Source: Salisapilia sapeloensis CBS 127946 (taxonomy: Eukaryota; Protista; Oomycota). Taken from it: DNA of 55,392 bases. Position numbers and translations under genes: made by a program. The stretch covers positions 1-55,392 of the forward strand of contig JAADVB010000115.1 of assembly GCA_023334545.1 (NCBI GenBank), given 5' to 3'. Numbering within the stretch: position 1 is the stretch's first letter; every line of letters starts with the position of its first letter. Shown piece by piece: positions 52,429 to 55,392 of this stretch. The notes beneath the pieces are model-generated. The model was given only the letters and a program-made list of their open reading frames with translations. It was not told the DNA's origin and did not search any database.

Positions 52429-55392
52429 TTCAAGCGCTACTTTCGTCCCAAGAGGCACTTTATTTTGATACGGATGCTAAAAATAAAGTGCTTAAGACTT
52501 AGATTCTTAGTTTGTTGTTCCTTGAACGCAGGGATCACAGATGGAGGTGAGTAGTATGAATCGCACTTGTTGGAGACAATGGTGCTGTAAACAGGGGTTC
52601 TGGGATCGTATACAAGCACAAACCAACTGTCTTCGCCCAGGTGTAAACGCGCAACTGTCACTTTTCGAAAAGTGAGGAGAGGCTGTCGGCAACTTTCGAG
52701 TGGTCTCGGAAATTAACACTCGACCGAGAGTAAGCATCCGAAGATGTCTCTGGTTGGCTATTTTCGATTGTGTGGATGTCCACAGGAGGTGTGAGCCCGA
52801 GCAAACGCTTCGCAGCAGATGTTTGCAGAATGCGTACAAGAACACCTAGTACTGCGCCTATTTCGAGACGCCCAGGTCAGTTTCGGGGTCGTAACCTGGA
52901 GTCTATACCACAATCCTTCTTTTCATGGGTAGCTACGTATACTAGCAAAAGCGGCTGTAGCCGCTAAACGGAGAGATAAAACCATCAAGTCAATGAGCGG
53001 GGGCTTAAACTGATAGAAATAGGTAGTTTCATGCGGTTTCTCAAGGTGGTCGAAGCGTACGTCGGAAAAATAGTTTATTTGGCGTTTATTTCGTCATTAG
53101 CTATACCTACATGTATCGATGCTACAATATTAACAGGCACGTAAGTATGATCAGTCATATCTATGCACATTACTTTCATTTGTGCACGATCCTTGAACCA
53201 ACTATAGCTATATGTATAGTCTTCCCTCTTGGCATAAGACAAGCATGCCACTTTCGCTCGATATTTCGTACCTTGGCTCTTTTAATTGGATAGCCAACTA
53301 CTTCACTTCATCCGCAAAAGCTGCAAAATAACGGGTTAAAGATGCTACTATCTCTGCCTCGAAGTCTAGAGCGTTAATTCGAGACTTACCTTCGTATGCG
53401 CAGAAAAGTATGTAGCATGAAGCCGAAACCGGTCTTTACTCCTGCTGCGCATTTGGTAAAAGAACTGACGAGCCGCTTGGCTACGGATATAAAACCTAAA
53501 GCATGGTAATGCGCAGTTATAGTTGCTATTGTCTACGTCTACTACATGTAAGGTCTCAACGAAGAAAATATTCGCTTTTCCGCATTAACACAATAAAATT
53601 AGGAATTTGTAATTTACCACATCTTTTATTAACGATATAGCATGTGGATTAATGATGCAAGTTTTTTCTCGTTATGTGCTTCGGTGGCTACGAAAGAAAT
53701 TCATTGGCATGCGTGAATATTCTGCGCAAATGTTTTAAAATATTTTTTATATCACCTAGAATAGTTACGGTTAATCTGTCACGTCCCTAAGATTGGAGCC
53801 CGTAATATCGTTTCATGGTCGGGTCACCCAGGGGCTAAATTTAGCTCCAGTTGTGTTGAACGTAGTGAGCGCCTGAAGTTAAGATGTTACCTTAGCCATA
53901 AACGCGTGTCTGAAAAGCTTGTTTGTATGGTTTCATACACTTTGGAATAAGACCCAGCGAGAAGTTCACGATACATGCCGACTCACGAATGCTCGAGCCA
54001 TATTGTGAGTGTTTGACGAACATATATAGAGTTTCTATTGTTCACTCCGACCTCGGTCTCTCCGACGCTGTGTTCCACTTTTAAAATTACATAGACGATC
54101 AACGAAATAGTTTTAACAAGCTCATGATCGGTTCTTGGTGCTGCTGCGAAAACTCAGCGCAGCTCTCCTACCGCCGTACGAACTAAGACAAAGGTTTCGG
54201 GAAAATATGGAGATTTTTCGATGGGTCCAGCACTGGTCTATATATGTTTGAAGTGATATAATGAGTTTCGATACACAATGTGACTATCAATATTCCGATC
54301 TACAGAAAATGCAGTCTAACAAGTCTTCATGATAGTACGCATGTCTTGGATGTAGTGCATAAATTTTTCCAATATTGATCTCTGTTTCTTCTTTCCCGTC
54401 TAGTGCTGCCGTGCTTTATTCGTCTTTTCCTGATTTTCATTTCGCAACGCTTTTTGTTCGATGACAATTCATAGCATGCGTATTGAGGGCGATTTGCGGC
54501 AATTACTGAAATTTGTTGCTCCTCTGCTGCTTTTTATGGTCGCTTCTGTGTCATGGCATATTATGCTATCATCTTCTGTTTGGTCGATCTGTTTGTACAG
54601 ATATCCCTGGATGTGTCTCTCATTTTTAAATGTACTCGCGTCGATCTTGCTCTAATACTTGTTTGGCTATCGCTGCTGGATTTTTTATATCTCTTGCCGG
54701 TGGTCACGTGAGACACACCATTATTTGTTGGTTATCGATGTCCCTTGATAGCCTGACACTGGTCCTTCATTCTGGGTCTCAAGTTATGATTATTCAAAAA
54801 ATACAGCTTTCTTCCCAAATTGTTAAAGTAAATACCCACGTCACTCCAAGATGGATAGCATCCGAAATGCGAAAAACTACAGCCAAGGCTCTTAACACAC
54901 GAGCTATTGCGGTGCTACTACTCTGTACTTAGTTTTCCTCGGCGTAAAACATATACAGCCGTATATTTTAATTATGAGCACTTCCTATGACAAATAACAT
55001 TGCCGGAAAGCAGCTTCACGTTCTACTTACCAGATAAGTTTTTTAGAACGTATTGCGGTCACACGGATCATATTTGAACGAATTTGCAACGTTTGAGTGG
55101 AATGCGGTTGTAGTGTAATGAATATTTGTTCATTCTGAGTGAAGAGAAACAGGTCTCAGAGATATCCGTCGAGCGTAAAAGGACAACCTGGGATTTGCAT
55201 CACTAGCAAAAAGAATTGATGTAGTGTACTACTCTTGTAACGGGCGCTCCGTCCGTTACTGTAGTTAGCAACTTTGTCTTTCTTTTGTTCTTTTGTTTGG
55301 TACTTGTTTGAGACAGATGATTAGGTGACCTGCCTGTTCCTCCATAGCATATGAGAAGTACTTTTAGTGGAAGGATGTGGAAGGTAGGACAA

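Noticed and set aside
53824-53850. GCTAAATTTAGC palindrome and nearby small hairpins in the AT-rich tail
   Set aside because: A 12-bp AT-rich palindrome is expected by chance; no tRNA cloverleaf or terminal inverted repeat pair with target-site duplication was found.

Overview
This is a very compact eukaryotic, intron-containing region, not a prokaryotic one. The supplied ORF track therefore fragments most genes and lists many antisense shadow ORFs. I reconstructed spliced models by hand using GT-AG introns of mostly about 42-70 nt. Gene content, intron style and a flagellar dynein-assembly gene fit a flagellated stramenopile, most likely an oomycete; that is inference and cannot be proven here. 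About 33 protein-coding models lie in the first 52.5 kb. Recognisable genes: ARF1 (partial), V-ATPase F, cytochrome b5 reductase, Mpo1/DUF962, UTP23, copine, Gemin7-like, App1-type phosphatidate phosphatase, p24-delta, RPS20, PRP39, MnmE, TlpA-like CxxS thioredoxin fold, PfkB kinase, WD40, ATAD3, DNAAF1, PEX5, PDZ-like, PP2C, PSMA5, uridine kinase, NPL4, NOG1-like GTPase, CEPT, LRRC61-like, SCYL1 and BAH-ELM2. There are also several hypotheticals. Many stop-to-stop and stop-to-start gaps are only 20-100 bp. The last ~2.9 kb is more AT-rich with no recognisable gene. I found no rRNA, tRNA, CRISPR array or intact mobile element, and no clear new multi-gene system. The most interesting items are individual proteins and gene-structure oddities: a short NOG1-like GTPase with a mitochondrial-type presequence, a cryptic Gemin7-like gene, a pseudo-GTPase, a BAH-ELM2 protein with a barrel-like insert, PEX5 with a PEX7-binding-like segment, a CxxS membrane redoxin, a candidate GC-AG intron, and cryptic micro-exon genes. 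Exon boundaries are hand-derived and need RNA-seq confirmation.
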